Below are positions 1 through 12,569 of a stretch of DNA of 64,000 nt, in pieces (position 1 is the stretch's first letter; every line of letters starts with the position of its first letter). The notes beneath the pieces were generated by a model, which saw only the letters and a list, made by a program, of their open reading frames with translations, did no database searches and was not told the DNA's origin. This stretch comes from Massalongia carnosa (Eukaryota): the NCBI GenBank assembly GCA_965645245.1, contig OZ287076.1, positions 868,001 to 932,000 on the forward strand. Direction: 5' to 3'. The translations under genes were made by a program, and so were the position numbers.

Positions 1-1940
1 TGGAGCTCAAATTTGTTGAGGCCGGTGGGTTTACTAGCGTGTTAGGAGCTAGAGTACTCGTTGGCAGTTCCCGGGACGTTGTCATCGAGTGTCCTCGGCC
101 TGGGGGGTTTTCGGATGGTGGAGGTGGAGGGAGCATCCCCAGTCCGACAGGCATCATATTGTGGCTTGCAGCTATAAGGCTCGCTATACCACCGGTAGGG
201 ACCGTAGGGCTAGACGATATCGGCCCTGTTGGATATCCTGGTATTTGAGGACCATTGGTTGATTTTCGGTGGAGGTCTAGTTTTTGGATAATCTTCGAAG
301 CATGATCTTTACCGCCCTCACCATCTCTTTCGCTATAGGTAGAACGCCGATGGGTGCTCGTATCAAAACCACTTCTATTTACTAAACTTGAACTTGAGTC
401 TGCTCCAGGTATAGGTAGAGTTGGACTGCGATCAAACACGGAAGCCGAGCTATCATCACCGTGTTGCTGTATGCCAAATTCAGTAACACTCGCTGAAAAC
501 TCCGGCGCACTTGGAGGCAAAATGGCAAATGCAGCATCTGAAGCCTGCTGGCCTGCAAGACTAGGCGAACCTATATTTGAAGGATACTCAAGAGCTCTTT
601 GTTTGGCAACTTCGAACGCCTCGATCCAATCTAAAAGTTCGATGTGGGTTTCAGCTTGAAGCAAGGTTGTGGTATCCTTGGTCTTGACTTCGAAGCAAAA
701 TCGACGTTCTTCCCACACAGCCAACCTTACACTACAGAGTAGCACACCAATTCTCTCGCTTTCTTCCACTCCTCCAGACCGCGAACCTTGAACAAGCCAA
801 CCAAAAATGCCATTCTTCACATAAAACCATCTTCGAGGCCACACAGTTCTCGTGGGTTTCCCAGTCACAGTACGGATGTTGAGCCAGCCTTGTTTTTCAG
901 GCCGATTAATCAATCGTTTTTCTTGAGGCTGCCGATTTGCGGTCACCGCCCCTTTACCTCGAAATTTAGAAGCTGACATCGCGCTGTAGTCTTCAAGATC
1001 TCGAGACGGTCGAGAAGCGAGCTCCGCGCTCTCCTCGATTTGTTTCCGCGCACTCTGCAGTTCTTGGCGGAATAGCTTCTCTCCGCTTTCTAAATCTCGA
1101 GCCCATCCTCTAACACGTTCAATATCGCTTCCCCATCGACCCATAGAGCTACCCATGTGCTCTCGAGGATTGCGCATATCTCGCCACTGGTCGGAAACCA
1201 TTTTTACCAGCATCTTATCCAGGGCCATACGCAATGTTGGTGCCAATACTCCAAAGTCCATGGATACTTTGAGGCATGCTTTACGCGCTTCGTGAAGCTG
1301 AAATGCGTCTTCACGAAGCGTAGAGGGTTCTTTCAGTTTTGTCTGCGCAGCATAACGAGATTGGAGATTGTCGAGATTTTTCTGTGATATCTCTAGATTT
1401 CTTCTGGTTTCCTAACCATGAATGGTAAGATAAGAGTCGAGATTAAAGTAATACAGAAAAAGCACGAACCTTAAATACTCGCATATCATTGTAGAGAAAG
1501 GCCCGAATAGGTTCTACCATGTTAGCTTCCATTTTTTTCAAGCCAGATAATGTCGTAGTCCAAAAGTCTCTCACGCCTTCGCCATATCTCCTCATAGCAA
1601 GCAAGGTGTAGTCATGATCAATGACAGCTTCAGATAACAGGGGAGGGGAAGTCACCGCAGACAGGAAGACATTGATACAGGTTTCGAATGCCCCGGTTTC
1701 CTGAGAGAGTTTCGTAACCGATCTTAGGTAGTTTTCTAGCCATTTTTCCAGATAATCTAATTGTTCCGAGAAGTGGGTGAACCCAGATCTGAAGGTGGGC
1801 GAGTCAAGCGCTGCTTCATTGAGCCCTACAGGTCTACACACAATCAGCTGGAGAACATCAAGGAGACACCTCAATACATACATCAATTTAATGGGCTTTC
1901 CATTCTGCCGTCGGGAAGCTATATTAGGTGTGAAAGACAT
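1..1940 (-). CDS. SIP3: SIP3/LAM1-like BAR-PH(-VASt) sterol transport/contact-site protein, 5' part; runs off window start
   Basis: Spliced N-terminus IPVGLNEAALDSPTFR (BAR). Minus-strand exon below ~1410 encodes a PH domain (RRWFYVKNGIFGWLVQG...ERRFCFEVKT...WIEAFEVAK). Introns near 1835-1880 and 1411-1469. Start may be 1940 or 1991. Confidence 0.85.
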
Positions 1941-2260
1941 TTCGTAGAAGCAGTTCTTTGTAGGCATGGAGTGTTTTGTGGAAAAGCTCATCGGGCTTAC
2001 CAGCGATTTAAGTTAGACAGGGATCTCGTTTCGGTACCAACAACCACTTAGTACTCACTCCGTAGGGATTCCCAACAGTTATTAGAAGAAAGAATAAACC
2101 AACTCCATTTATATTCACGCTACCTAGTTTATTTACAGTATTAAAGGTCTATAATGACTTGTACTTACGCGTGTTCACATAGCCTCCTGTATTCCTAGGC
2201 TTGATCCACAGGATTCCAAGCTGTCATTTAGGAGAAACGTTTATGCGAAGCTTTCCGTTG

Positions 2261-2346
2261 CATTCATCTCAAGATGGCATGCAAAGAAGCAAAAACACAT
2301 ATTACATTCAATCTCAAGATGGCATGCAAAGAAGCAAAAAGACATA
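2261..2346 (+). repeat. ~45-bp-period tandem duplication spanning the KRI1 start codon
   Basis: ATCTCAAGATGGCATGCAAAGAAGCAAAAA occurs at 2266 and 2311. Confidence 0.9.
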
Positions 2347-4321
2347 GCGCAACCTCGAACAATCACAACCAAGCCTGGAAAAAACAGAAGATGATCATTG
2401 AGAATAGTTCCGAAGGAGACGATAGCGAATCTGGAGAGAATCCTGTAAAGCAGGCGAAGGATCTTTCCCATGTTCATATTCTTGCAGTCAACCAGACATA
2501 TGCACAGCGCTTTGAATATAATAAGCGACGACAAGAATTGCAGCGTCGTAGGTTAACCAATTCCAGCATTTCATCTTTGGCTAAGTTAGCGCTGGCATAG
2601 TCGAAGAAAAATATGGTGATACTGTTACACTCAACACGAAAGATGAAGGGCAAGGAAGGTTTGACAAGGATGGCAACGGCGTTTCGATCGAGTCATCTAC
2701 GGACTCAGAAGATGAAGATGAAGATGATGAAGGAATTTTAGCTTCTAAAGAGCTTGACACGCAGATTCAGGCGACACTTGAGGCAATCCGTGGTAAAGAC
2801 CCCCGGGTCTACGATGGAAAGGCTAAATTCTATGCGGATTTTGACGATGAAGGAGACGAAACTATCACGGCTATAGAGCAGCATACCAAACCTGTATATT
2901 TAAGTGACTATCATAGAGAATATCTCCTTGCAGGTGATGCTGGCGCTGAGATCGAGGATGAAAAGTTGCCAACATATATCCAACAACAGGATGACCTGCG
3001 AAAGACCATCATAAAGGAGGTACACTCTGCAACAGATAGAACTCTTATCAGTTCAGCCAATGAGGAAAGCGCCAACGATGGTTATAAAAATGAGGATGAT
3101 GCATTCCTGGTAAGAAAACTACCGGAAAAGAGAGCTGACGCTTTTGGTACTCGAGCAAAGGGGAAGGTTATCAGGCTCGATCCGCAGAGCGCGGAGAAAG
3201 ATCCAGAGGCTTTCCTTACAAATTTTATGTCCGCCAGAGCTTGGATCGCCCCTGCTGGATCCCAAATGCAGCCATTCGAGTCAGATGACGAGGAGGAGGA
3301 GCGACGTGCAGAGGCTTTTGAGGAGGCCTATAATTTACGATTTGAAGATACTAAAGGGTCTAACGAAAAACTCTTATCTCACGCTAGAGACACTGCTGCA
3401 AGATACTCAGTGCGAAAAGAACAATCCAATAGCAGGAAAAAAGTTAGGGAAATAGAAAGAACCAAGAGAGAGGCAGAACGGCGCAAGAGGGAGGAAGAGA
3501 AAGCCCGCTTGCGTAAACTTAAGATTGTAGAAGTTGAGGACAAGCTTAGAAAAATTAAGGATGCTGCAGGCTTTAAAGATAGTGTTCTCCAAGCGCAAGA
3601 CTGGGCTAGGTTTATCGACGAAAGTTGGAACAACGATCGTTGGGAAGAGGAAATGCAAAGAAGATTCGGTGATGAATACTATGCAGACCGTGATACAGAA
3701 GGTCGGGACGACGGTAAAACAGATAAAAAACCAAGCGTCAAGAAACCAAAGTGGCTTGATGACATTGACATTCTAGATATTATCCCCGAATTCAAGGAAG
3801 ATGTAGAAATAAGGAAGGCTCATTCCGTCCTAAGAGATGATGACTCTGACCAGGAAATACCTTTGCGTGCACAGGCTGACGCATTTGTTGATGAATCTAT
3901 TGCGGGTTCTTGGCCGAGCGACACGAAGATTCTGAGGAAGGATGCTCGCAAAGAGCGTCGTAGGATTGAGGAAATTGTAGATCAAAGACTCCATGTGGAT
4001 GATGCAGTGGCAGGCTTAAGTAACAAATATATTGAACACTTCCGTTATAGGGCTACGTCGCCCCTATCCTATGGTTTGACAGCTAACGATATATTGATGG
4101 CAACGGATAGCCAGCTTAATCGATATGCAGGCTTAAAGAAGATGGCCACGTTCAGAAATAAAGAAAAGAAGAAGAGGGACAAGAAACATCTTGGCAAAAA
4201 GGCACGATTACGGGAATGGAGAAAGGAGACCTTTGGGAATCCGAACGGCCCACAACAGACCTTGGCTGAGGCCTTCGGAACCCATACATTTGAGGAGCCC
4301 ATTCGCACTTACCACAGATAA
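2274..4321 (+). CDS. KRI1: KRI1-family 40S ribosome biogenesis protein
   Basis: Motifs YAQRFEYNKRRQELQR|LEEKYG, KDPRVYD, AEAFEEAYNLRFED and FRYRATSPLSYGLTANDILMATDSQLNRYAGLKK. Intron 2548-2600. Start is 2274 or 2319 because the ATG is duplicated. Confidence 0.9.
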
Positions 4322-4864
4322 GATTTTTCTCGCGAAGAAGGCAAAAGATCAAGATCATGAGTCAACACTAACTCATGAAATGATGGTGCCAGGATCAAAC
4401 ATAATAAGATTCCTAAGGAAGAGAGGGCATACCTAGTTCCCAACGATTATGTATCTTAGCTTGTGGCATTGAAGTTCATAGGAATTCAGTTATTCCTAAC
4501 CAACCCTAAAGGGTCCATGTAGATTATCCACCCTTTTTTATCTCCTCGAAGTAATAGGTAACTATTCAGTAACTGCTTAATTTTAATTAACGTGGAAAGT
4601 TACTCCAAATCAAGTACGGGTAGAACCGGTTCCAGGGGCTAGTTAGTCAGTTAGCAAGGACCGGAATTACCCGTTCAAATTTGCAACAAGGTTATTACTA
4701 GCGTCTTTTTCTTGCTCCCTTCTGAAGAGCTTTTATTCCGTTTACACCTTTTCGTTTTTCACCATCTACGAAAACTTCGACGACTTACGTCCATCATCCC
4801 TTACTCTCCACTCAGCCCTGTAACTTTCTCTTCTCTTTTGCTTTGTCAATAAACAACCGCCAAG

Positions 4865-6506
4865 ATGGTTGACGGAGATGTCGTTCAGGCGAAGAAGTCC
4901 TTCATGGGCATGCCAGTAAGCTCCCAACCTGTCATCAACGTCTCAAAGACATGCACTCAACACTTGAACTCATTCCTGCGCTACACAATTTTTCTTTTTG
5001 AGCTGTACAGATGCAACATCATTTCTCGATGATTCGACGTGATGTTGTTGATCATCCATGGCCGAATGATAATCATTGCGATCGCTAGATCAAATGGCTA
5101 ACATAATTGTGCCCTTAGGGATTCTTCGTTGATTTTTTGAGTAAGATCTATTCTAATAGTTGTGTGGCTCGCGAATTTGCAATAAGACAGAATATATATT
5201 GCGAATGCTCCTGTCGCTGTTTATCAGAGTGATGTCGTCAAGAGCTAACGTAACGATTGTTAGTGGGAGGTGTTTCTGCCGCTATCTCTAAAACTGCTGC
5301 TGCACCAATTGAGCGTGTAAAGCTTCTTATTCAAAATCAAGTAAGCATTAAGTCCTTCAGAAGTCGTGCCTTGCCTTAGAAATATCCGCATCAATTTACC
5401 CTACTCTTTTCTTTATTCCTTTTGGCGTTTTAAGGACAAGCCTCCCAGTAACATTGGGAACCGATATTTTCTCGCACGGTGTGAACTTTGTAATTGGTTC
5501 AACCCCTAAGTTATCAAGATCGCACATATGAATTCTATTAATTAGAAGAAAGCTCTACATATACTGACTATTCAAAACAATAGGATGAAATGCTCAAGAG
5601 CGGTCGTCTTGACCGTAAATTCGATGGCATTGTGGACTGTTTTTCCCGAACTATAAAGAACGAAGGAACAGTTTCTCTCTGGAGAGGTAACACGGCCAAC
5701 GTTATCCGGTATTTCCCCACTCAGGCACTCAACTTTGCCTTCCGTGACACGTACAAATCTATGTTCGCTTTCAAGAAGGAACGAGATGGATACACTAAAT
5801 GGATGATGGGAAATCTGGCTTCCGGCGGTGTAGGTATATGTTCCAGGGCAAACCGAATTTTGCTGATTTTTCCAGGCTGCTGGAGCAACTTCACTCCTGT
5901 TCGTCTACTCCTTGGACTATGCCCGTACACGCTTGGCCAATGACGCAAAGAACTCGAAGACTGGTGGTGCACGTCAGTTCAACGGGCTAGTTGATGTTTA
6001 CAAGAAGACTCTAGCTACTGACGGCATTCTTGGTCTCTACCGTGGTTTTGGCCCCTCTGTCCTCGGAATCGTAGTTTATCGTGGTCTGTATTTCGGAATG
6101 TACGATTCTATTAAACCCATCCTTTTGGTCGGTCCTTTAGAGGGTAACTTCTTGGCATCCTTCTTACTCGGCTGGACTGTCACTACCGGCGCTGGTATTG
6201 CTTCTTATCCTCTCGACACCATCCGTAGGCGTATGATGATGACATCTGGGGAGGTCAGTACAGGGCTGTAATGTCTCTAAGTATAATGAAGGATCTTTTG
6301 CTGACGTGCTTTTCTGAAAGGCTGTGAAGTATAAGTCCTCATTGGATGCTGGACGCCAGATTATCGCCCGGGAAGGAGTCAGGTCTCTCTTCAAAGGTGC
6401 GGGTGCAAACATTCTTCGTGGTGTTGCTGGTGCTGGTGTGCTTTCGATCTACGATCAGGCTCAGCTGCTGCTCTTCGGCAAGGCCTTCAAAGGTGGATCT
6501 GGTTAG
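4865..6506 (+). CDS. AAC: Mitochondrial ADP/ATP carrier (6 exons)
   Basis: Motifs [46 protein letters not shown] and signature RRRMMM. Introns ~4916-5118, ~5141-5263, 5341-5583, ~5830-5875, ~6254-6320. Confidence 0.97.
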
Positions 6507-7937
6507 ATTGACTCGAAATTTCTTGCCTGGCTTAGTTTGCCGCATCCTGGAAATTGACTCTTACCATAAATAGTGCAAGCCATTGTACTTTTTGGTAAGC
6601 TTGCGGTGAAGGAAACATTACACATAGCACTGCAGCAGGGGCGTTCGATGTTGCTGTACTTTACAAAACCTAAACTTTTCCTACATGTACTTCTTTGTCT
6701 TACACTGTCAACTCTCCGCTGGGTTCCACCTCCAACATCGTCCATAGTATTGCAACTGAGTATGAATGCATGGCGGAGGGCGGCAGTATCACTGGTTTTA
6801 ATTTCCAATTAGTGATTGCAACTGCACATATTTGACTTTGTGGGCTAAAATCATTGCGTGACTATCAAGTAAATATCTAACGAGAAACAGAAAGTTGGAT
6901 TTAAAGAAACACCCAAGCACCAAAGGTATTCCAAACTGTTTAGTAAGCATCGTTTGGAAGGAATGTAGCGAACCCCTTTCGTCCGTTCGATGATCCCGTA
7001 CAGTCGTGTCTCGAACACAGCGACTGCTGCCGCAAAACCTAAACTTCCTCCTCCCTTTAAAGCGAGCATTGTGCCAAAACCCACTGTGGGCTTCATCTTG
7101 GCGCCCAATAATGCCATACAACCACAGCATTATCCTCCACAGCTAGTTCTACCCAGCTTTACAGATTTCAATCGTCAACCTCCAGCATCTACAACATTCA
7201 CAAAATCCACAAAATCCACAGCTTTTACCTCCCCGTTTCCTTTACCAGTTTCGTTGCCCTCCGCTTAACTTGTACTTCAAAGTGTATATCCTCCAGTGGT
7301 GGTAGATCAAATTTAGAGCATCCACCTAGTTACGCCCAATATCCTTATGCAGCAGACATAACTGCAGGCCAGCGCTCCGCTACCGAACAATCCAATCGAC
7401 CTGGAGGATTGCAATCTCTACGCTACCTTCGAGGAGGAGGAGAGAGTTGGGGGGGTGGAGAGGAAGTGGGCAAAGCGTGCCAGGGAGACTGCGGGGGTAT
7501 ATGTGATCAATTTGAATGAGAAAATCTAACGAACTCCTGATCGCTAATAATAAGTAAGCCGTGTGTATTATGATGGAGTTTTTTGGGCATCCACGCAATG
7601 ACGATGCCCAGTGCGGTTGCAGGATTTAATTCAGATCATTTTCCTGATAACTAGCACCTGAAGTACCCTGGACAGAGATACAGAGCCGCAGCTAAGACTC
7701 TCTTGATGTGCTCCATGCGTGAGACGGCTTTAACAAGAAAACTCGATACTCTCTACCTGGATAGCTAGATGGCTAGGTGATTAGCATGGCTAAAGGTATG
7801 GAGCAGGTACAGAGTACAGAGTATCTGTATTTGAGAGGAACCCCCCGCTGGCTTGACATAGCCTTGCCCGAAGCTGGGGTAACTTAAAAGGCTTGATTGA
7901 AGCCTTAAGACGAACCCCGCTAATTATTTTATGGTTC

Positions 7938-7985
7938 AGCCACGAATGCCACAGCAAAACGAGCCACGAATGCCACAGCAAAACG
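7938..7985 (+). repeat. Perfect 24-bp tandem duplication
   Basis: AGCCACGAATGCCACAGCAAAACG x2. Confidence 0.9.
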
Positions 7986-8410
7986 CTTCATAGATGAAAC
8001 TTTTCTCCCACATGCACTTACCGTAGAACTTTGTACTCTGTATCGCATGAGGAGGCTCTGCTGTGAAGTCTTCTGATTAACTCTGCACTGCTCTTACTTC
8101 TCTGGATTATTGCTTCTCATGCGGCAGCCTTGTTTATTGCTATTAGCATTGCTAACGAGTAACGTATTCTTGAAATACCTCAGGTCTGCATAACAAGCCA
8201 CCCATTGGAGCTAGAGACCTCTTGTTCATATGACCGTGCAAGAATGAAAGCCATTTTTACTCCATACTTCCAACCGAAAATCTCAAAGATGAGAGTTGGA
8301 GTACATTCCGTATCTGTGACAGAGTTGATTGATTGAAGAGCAAGGCTCCTGCACCTGCACCTACGTCATACGAGGCGAGCTTCTTCCAGCTTGAGGGCAC
8401 ATCTCTTGCA

Positions 8411-11400
8411 ATGCCGGTGCTGAATACACATGTTACACCAACAGACCAATCTCAAAGATATGCTGCTGCGGAGAGCTTGCTACAGCACTCACGCCTACCT
8501 CGAAACGACTCACAAAACATCAACGGCCTTTTGATCGCCGGCACTGGGAACTCGTTCCACGAATTCAAATCTCTGGCCGAAGTTCATCCGCCACGTATCC
8601 CAGAGCTATTATATCCTAGATTCGGTCAGTCGTATCAGAATAGTGCGCGGGACCAAACAAATGGTTATGATAATTCCATCGATGCAAGATTAAGTTCACC
8701 ACAAAACACGGCGGACTCGCCCAACTCCCAAACTCGAGAAGTGCATAGCGATCGCGCTAGGGGAACAATTCCAATGGCAAGTAGTAATGATATCCATATA
8801 AAAACTGAAACTTTTGCGCCCTCAGGCTGCGGTAGCAATAAAAATGGTAGCTTAGATGGATCCGAGACTACAAGCCCCACAAGCTCGCGCGACTTTGCTG
8901 CTCGTGGTTCGCATGGGATGGGGTCTAATGGAGTTAAAGGCAAACTCGACGATGATACTGGGGGACTCGAAGACAGACATGATGTGGATCGTCCTCCTGC
9001 ATGGAGTGAGCTCAAAACCAAGGCAGGGAAGGAGCGGAAGAGGCTCCCATTAGCATGCATCGCCTGCCGGCGAAAGAAGATACGATGTTCCGGGGAAAAG
9101 CCTGCTTGTAAGCATTGCCTACGTTCACGAATTCCCTGCGTCTATAAAGTGACTGCTAGAAAGGCGGCACCAAGAACAGATTATATGGCCATGCTTGACA
9201 AAAGATTGAAGAGAATGGAAGAGAGAGTCATTAAATTTATACCAAAGGAAGAATTGAGCCAAGTGGCTGTGATAGGCAGGGCAAATGTCAGGCCTTTGGC
9301 CCTAGGCTCAGACGGAAAGGTAAATGCTGGAAAGAAGAGGGCTGCTGCTGAGGCTTTTGGGCCGGATCATGAGGAATGGACTCATCTGAAGGCAAACACC
9401 CTACCTCCGAAAGGGTTGGATCTAGATGAAAAGGCCAAGCTCACGGAGGGTACTGAGAGTTTGCCATCGAAAGCAATCCAGGAGCATCTGGCCGAAGTCT
9501 TCTTCGAATATTTGTATGGTCAATCCTACCATCTTTTACACAAGCCAAGTTTCATGAGAAGACTGCGGTAAATGAAGGAAGACCTTGTAATCTGCCTGCT
9601 GAAACTAACGAGCTTTAGGGCTGGAACAGTCCCTCCGGTTCTCATCCTTGCAGTGTGCGCGATTTCTGCGCGCTTTTCAACGCATCCGCAGGTCAATTCA
9701 GAGCCTGCATTTCTTCGAGGGGAGGACTGGGCAGCTCCAGCTCGAGATATTGCGCTAAAAAGATACGATGAGCCTAACATTACAATACTTACTGTACTCC
9801 TGATTCTAGGTTTGCATGAATTTGGCACCTGCCAAGGTGGGCGGAGCTGGATGCTGGGGGGAATGGCTATGCGAATGGCGTATGCCCTTCAACTACATCG
9901 AGAACTAGACCATGATCCTTTGGGGCAAAAGAATGACAAAAAGTCAGAACTTAGCTTCACGGATCGAGAGATTCGCAGGAGGACGATGTGGGCCTGTTTT
10001 CTTATGGATAGATTCAACTCGTCAGGTACACAAAGACCCACCTGTGCGAACGAAGAGACCATCAAAGTTCAGCTTCCAATCAAGGAGTCTCACTTCCAGA
10101 TGGAAATTCCCGGGCCTACCGAAAGCTTAGATGGGGATGTACCGAATCCTACAGTATCTGACACTGGACAGATATCAAACCCAAAGGATAACATGGGAGT
10201 CGCCTCGTATATGATACGTGTTATAGCCCTTTGGGGCCGCGTCATCAAGTACTGGAACCTGGGCGGGAAAGAGAGAGATGGCCATCCCATGTGGAGTCTA
10301 GAGTCTGAATTCACAAAGTTAAAACAGCAAGCCCAGCAATTCCAAACAACATTGCCTCTATTGTTGCAGAACACTCAGGAAAATTTAAAGAATCACGCTA
10401 CTGAAAAGCTTGCAAATCAATTTCTATTCATGCACATTGTGTCCTATCAGGTTATATTGTTTTTACATTGTTTCGCCGTTCCAACATCTCCTGGAGGAAA
10501 GCTGCAGAACGATATGCCACAAGATTTTGTAGCGGAAGCTGGACGTGCCGCGATCGAAGCAGCTGATCAGATATCAATGCTTCTTACTGATGCATTGGAT
10601 CATCTAGTCGTCGCGCCTTTTGCTGGTTATTGTGCGTTCATGTCGAGTACGGTACAAGTATGGGGAATGTTCTCCAAGAACCCGGTTCTCGAAGCCACCT
10701 CTAGGAGAAATCTAGCTCGTAATGTTAAATACCTCAGCAGAATGAAAAAATACTGGGGTATGTTCCATTTCATGGGGCATAATCTTAGAGACATATACCG
10801 TCAGCACGCCGACGCTTCGCTAAAAGGTTCCAAGGCCGATAAGTCAAGTAGTCAAGGTGACGGGATTTTTCAATATGGGGACTGGTTCCAAAAATATCCT
10901 CACGGGGTCTCGAAAACAGACTACAAAGATCCCGCTATGGAGATGAAGAATAAATACAGTAAAGATGCCGTACTGGGCCAGAAGTCGGACCTCCAAAGCG
11001 TGGAGGAATTCTTCAATAGCCTCGCTCCTCCTACCCACTCGGTGCCTCATCGCAAAGTCACGAAGAAGGTTGTTAAAAAATCTTCGCAGGCCACTCCATC
11101 TCCCAGTTTCAAGCCGGAGAAGCTTAACCTTCAGCCTCCACCCCCTGAAGGCCAAGCCTCCTTTCTCTCTCCTCAAAATGCAAATCCCCAATCGTCCACC
11201 TCCCCAGCCCCATTCTCCCCACCACATACCCAAGTCTTCTTCCCTCCCACCCCGGGACCTCTCTCCTTCACTCCTACCTACGACCTCCTCCCCCAGATGG
11301 ACCGACACCTCGTTTACGGCGCCTACGCGGGTACGGACCTCGCAGTTTCACCATCGACTTCGGCGCTTAATGCTTTTCCAAATCACAACCTTCCCCTTAA

Positions 11401-11692
11401 CCTAGCTTCTGGTAATCCTTACATTAACGCCCCAGATCTCGGCAATGGGCTCGCTTGGAACACTTCAACTGCAATGGGCGGTCCCGACTTCCAGCAGCAG
11501 CAGCAGCAGGCAGGGATGCAGGTGACAAGCCATCTGCCTCCGTACCTAGGGTTGGGGGATTTGCAGACCAGTGCGTGGTTTATGCCGTTTAACCTCAACC
11601 CACCAGATATTGGGAGCGAGGTGGATACGTTTGGAAGAGGGGCGTTTGACAGTTTTGGGATTGGGGATGAAATGGGGGGCGGGTTAAGGTGA
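8411..11692 (+). CDS. Zn(II)2Cys6 transcription factor with fungal-specific TF domain (Prf/FTF-like)
   Basis: Zn cluster CIACRRKKIRCSGEKPACKHCLRSRIPCVY and middle-homology motif EIRRRTMWACFLMDRF. Intron 9568-9618 joins the two ORFs in frame. Confidence 0.93.
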
Positions 11693-12569
11693 ATGGCATT
11701 CATTTGGATTAGGTTAAGGTGAGATAGACCCTTTAGTCTCGGTTTCCAGCGTTGCGATTACCCCGTGGTGATTTTTCGGTATTGGTAAGGTCGGAGGGCG
11801 GGGAAAATGAGGATTTCAGAGGATTTCCAGGGGTTTAAGGAATATACAACGCAGTGTAGGCCATCTTAAACATGGAGAGTACATGATGATCAATATTTAA
11901 CGCCTAGCCTAGTCGATGGGCGAATGTGGAGTGTCGTTCTTCCTAACGGCACAACCATCGGATGAGCCACGATCCGCAAGCACCTCGCCATAGGAAGGGC
12001 TTCGTTCCAAGCTACTCTGTACTTACCCCTCCAGATCGTGTTTCATCATCACCAGTTCTGCTCAACTTTTCGACAGGATAGCCAGTGTGTACTCCGTGCT
12101 CTAAGTGTAATGCTCCAGGTACTCGGTACTGGACCTGTCCCGAGGTTCTCGCTTATTCCTTCCTGTCGTTAGAATAAGAGTACTGGGGCATCGGTGGCCG
12201 TTTCATCGCACTGCCACCGATGCTGCAGCGAAATGACGGCCCGATCTCGAAATTACTTAAAACCTTGACGCTCATTGGACCTTTCAGGAGGCGGTTTGAG
12301 AGTTGGGGATTAAATTTAAACTTAGGCTTCATTTAGGAGGGAGTTGACGAGGCGATGCATGAGTCACATGCAATTTTCTTCTTCGATGTTGTGGCAGGGT
12401 TTCTCACTGCCTCATTTTCTGTTGACTATTCTTATAATCTTCTGATATTTCGTTTGGAGGCCACAACCTTCGTGTTGAAAAGACGGAGACTCGGCTCACC
12501 TGATATTTATACGTCTATCTACATGTCCATATATCCAAGGAGTTGGAGTTGGAGTTGCTGTGTATAGGC

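Noticed and set aside
4319..4360. KRI1 stop readthrough to DFSREEGKRSRS
   Set aside because: TAA-G is not a readthrough context, and the extension is short and in a variable tail.
5415..5515. tRNA-Val(AAC) inside the AAC intron
   Set aside because: No acceptor stem, poor T stem and wrong arm spacing. Kept only as a generic structure candidate.
12188..12245. Hammerhead (minus) or HDV-like (plus) ribozyme
   Set aside because: The CUGANGA core has two mismatches and stem I is missing. HDV P3/P1.1 cannot form.
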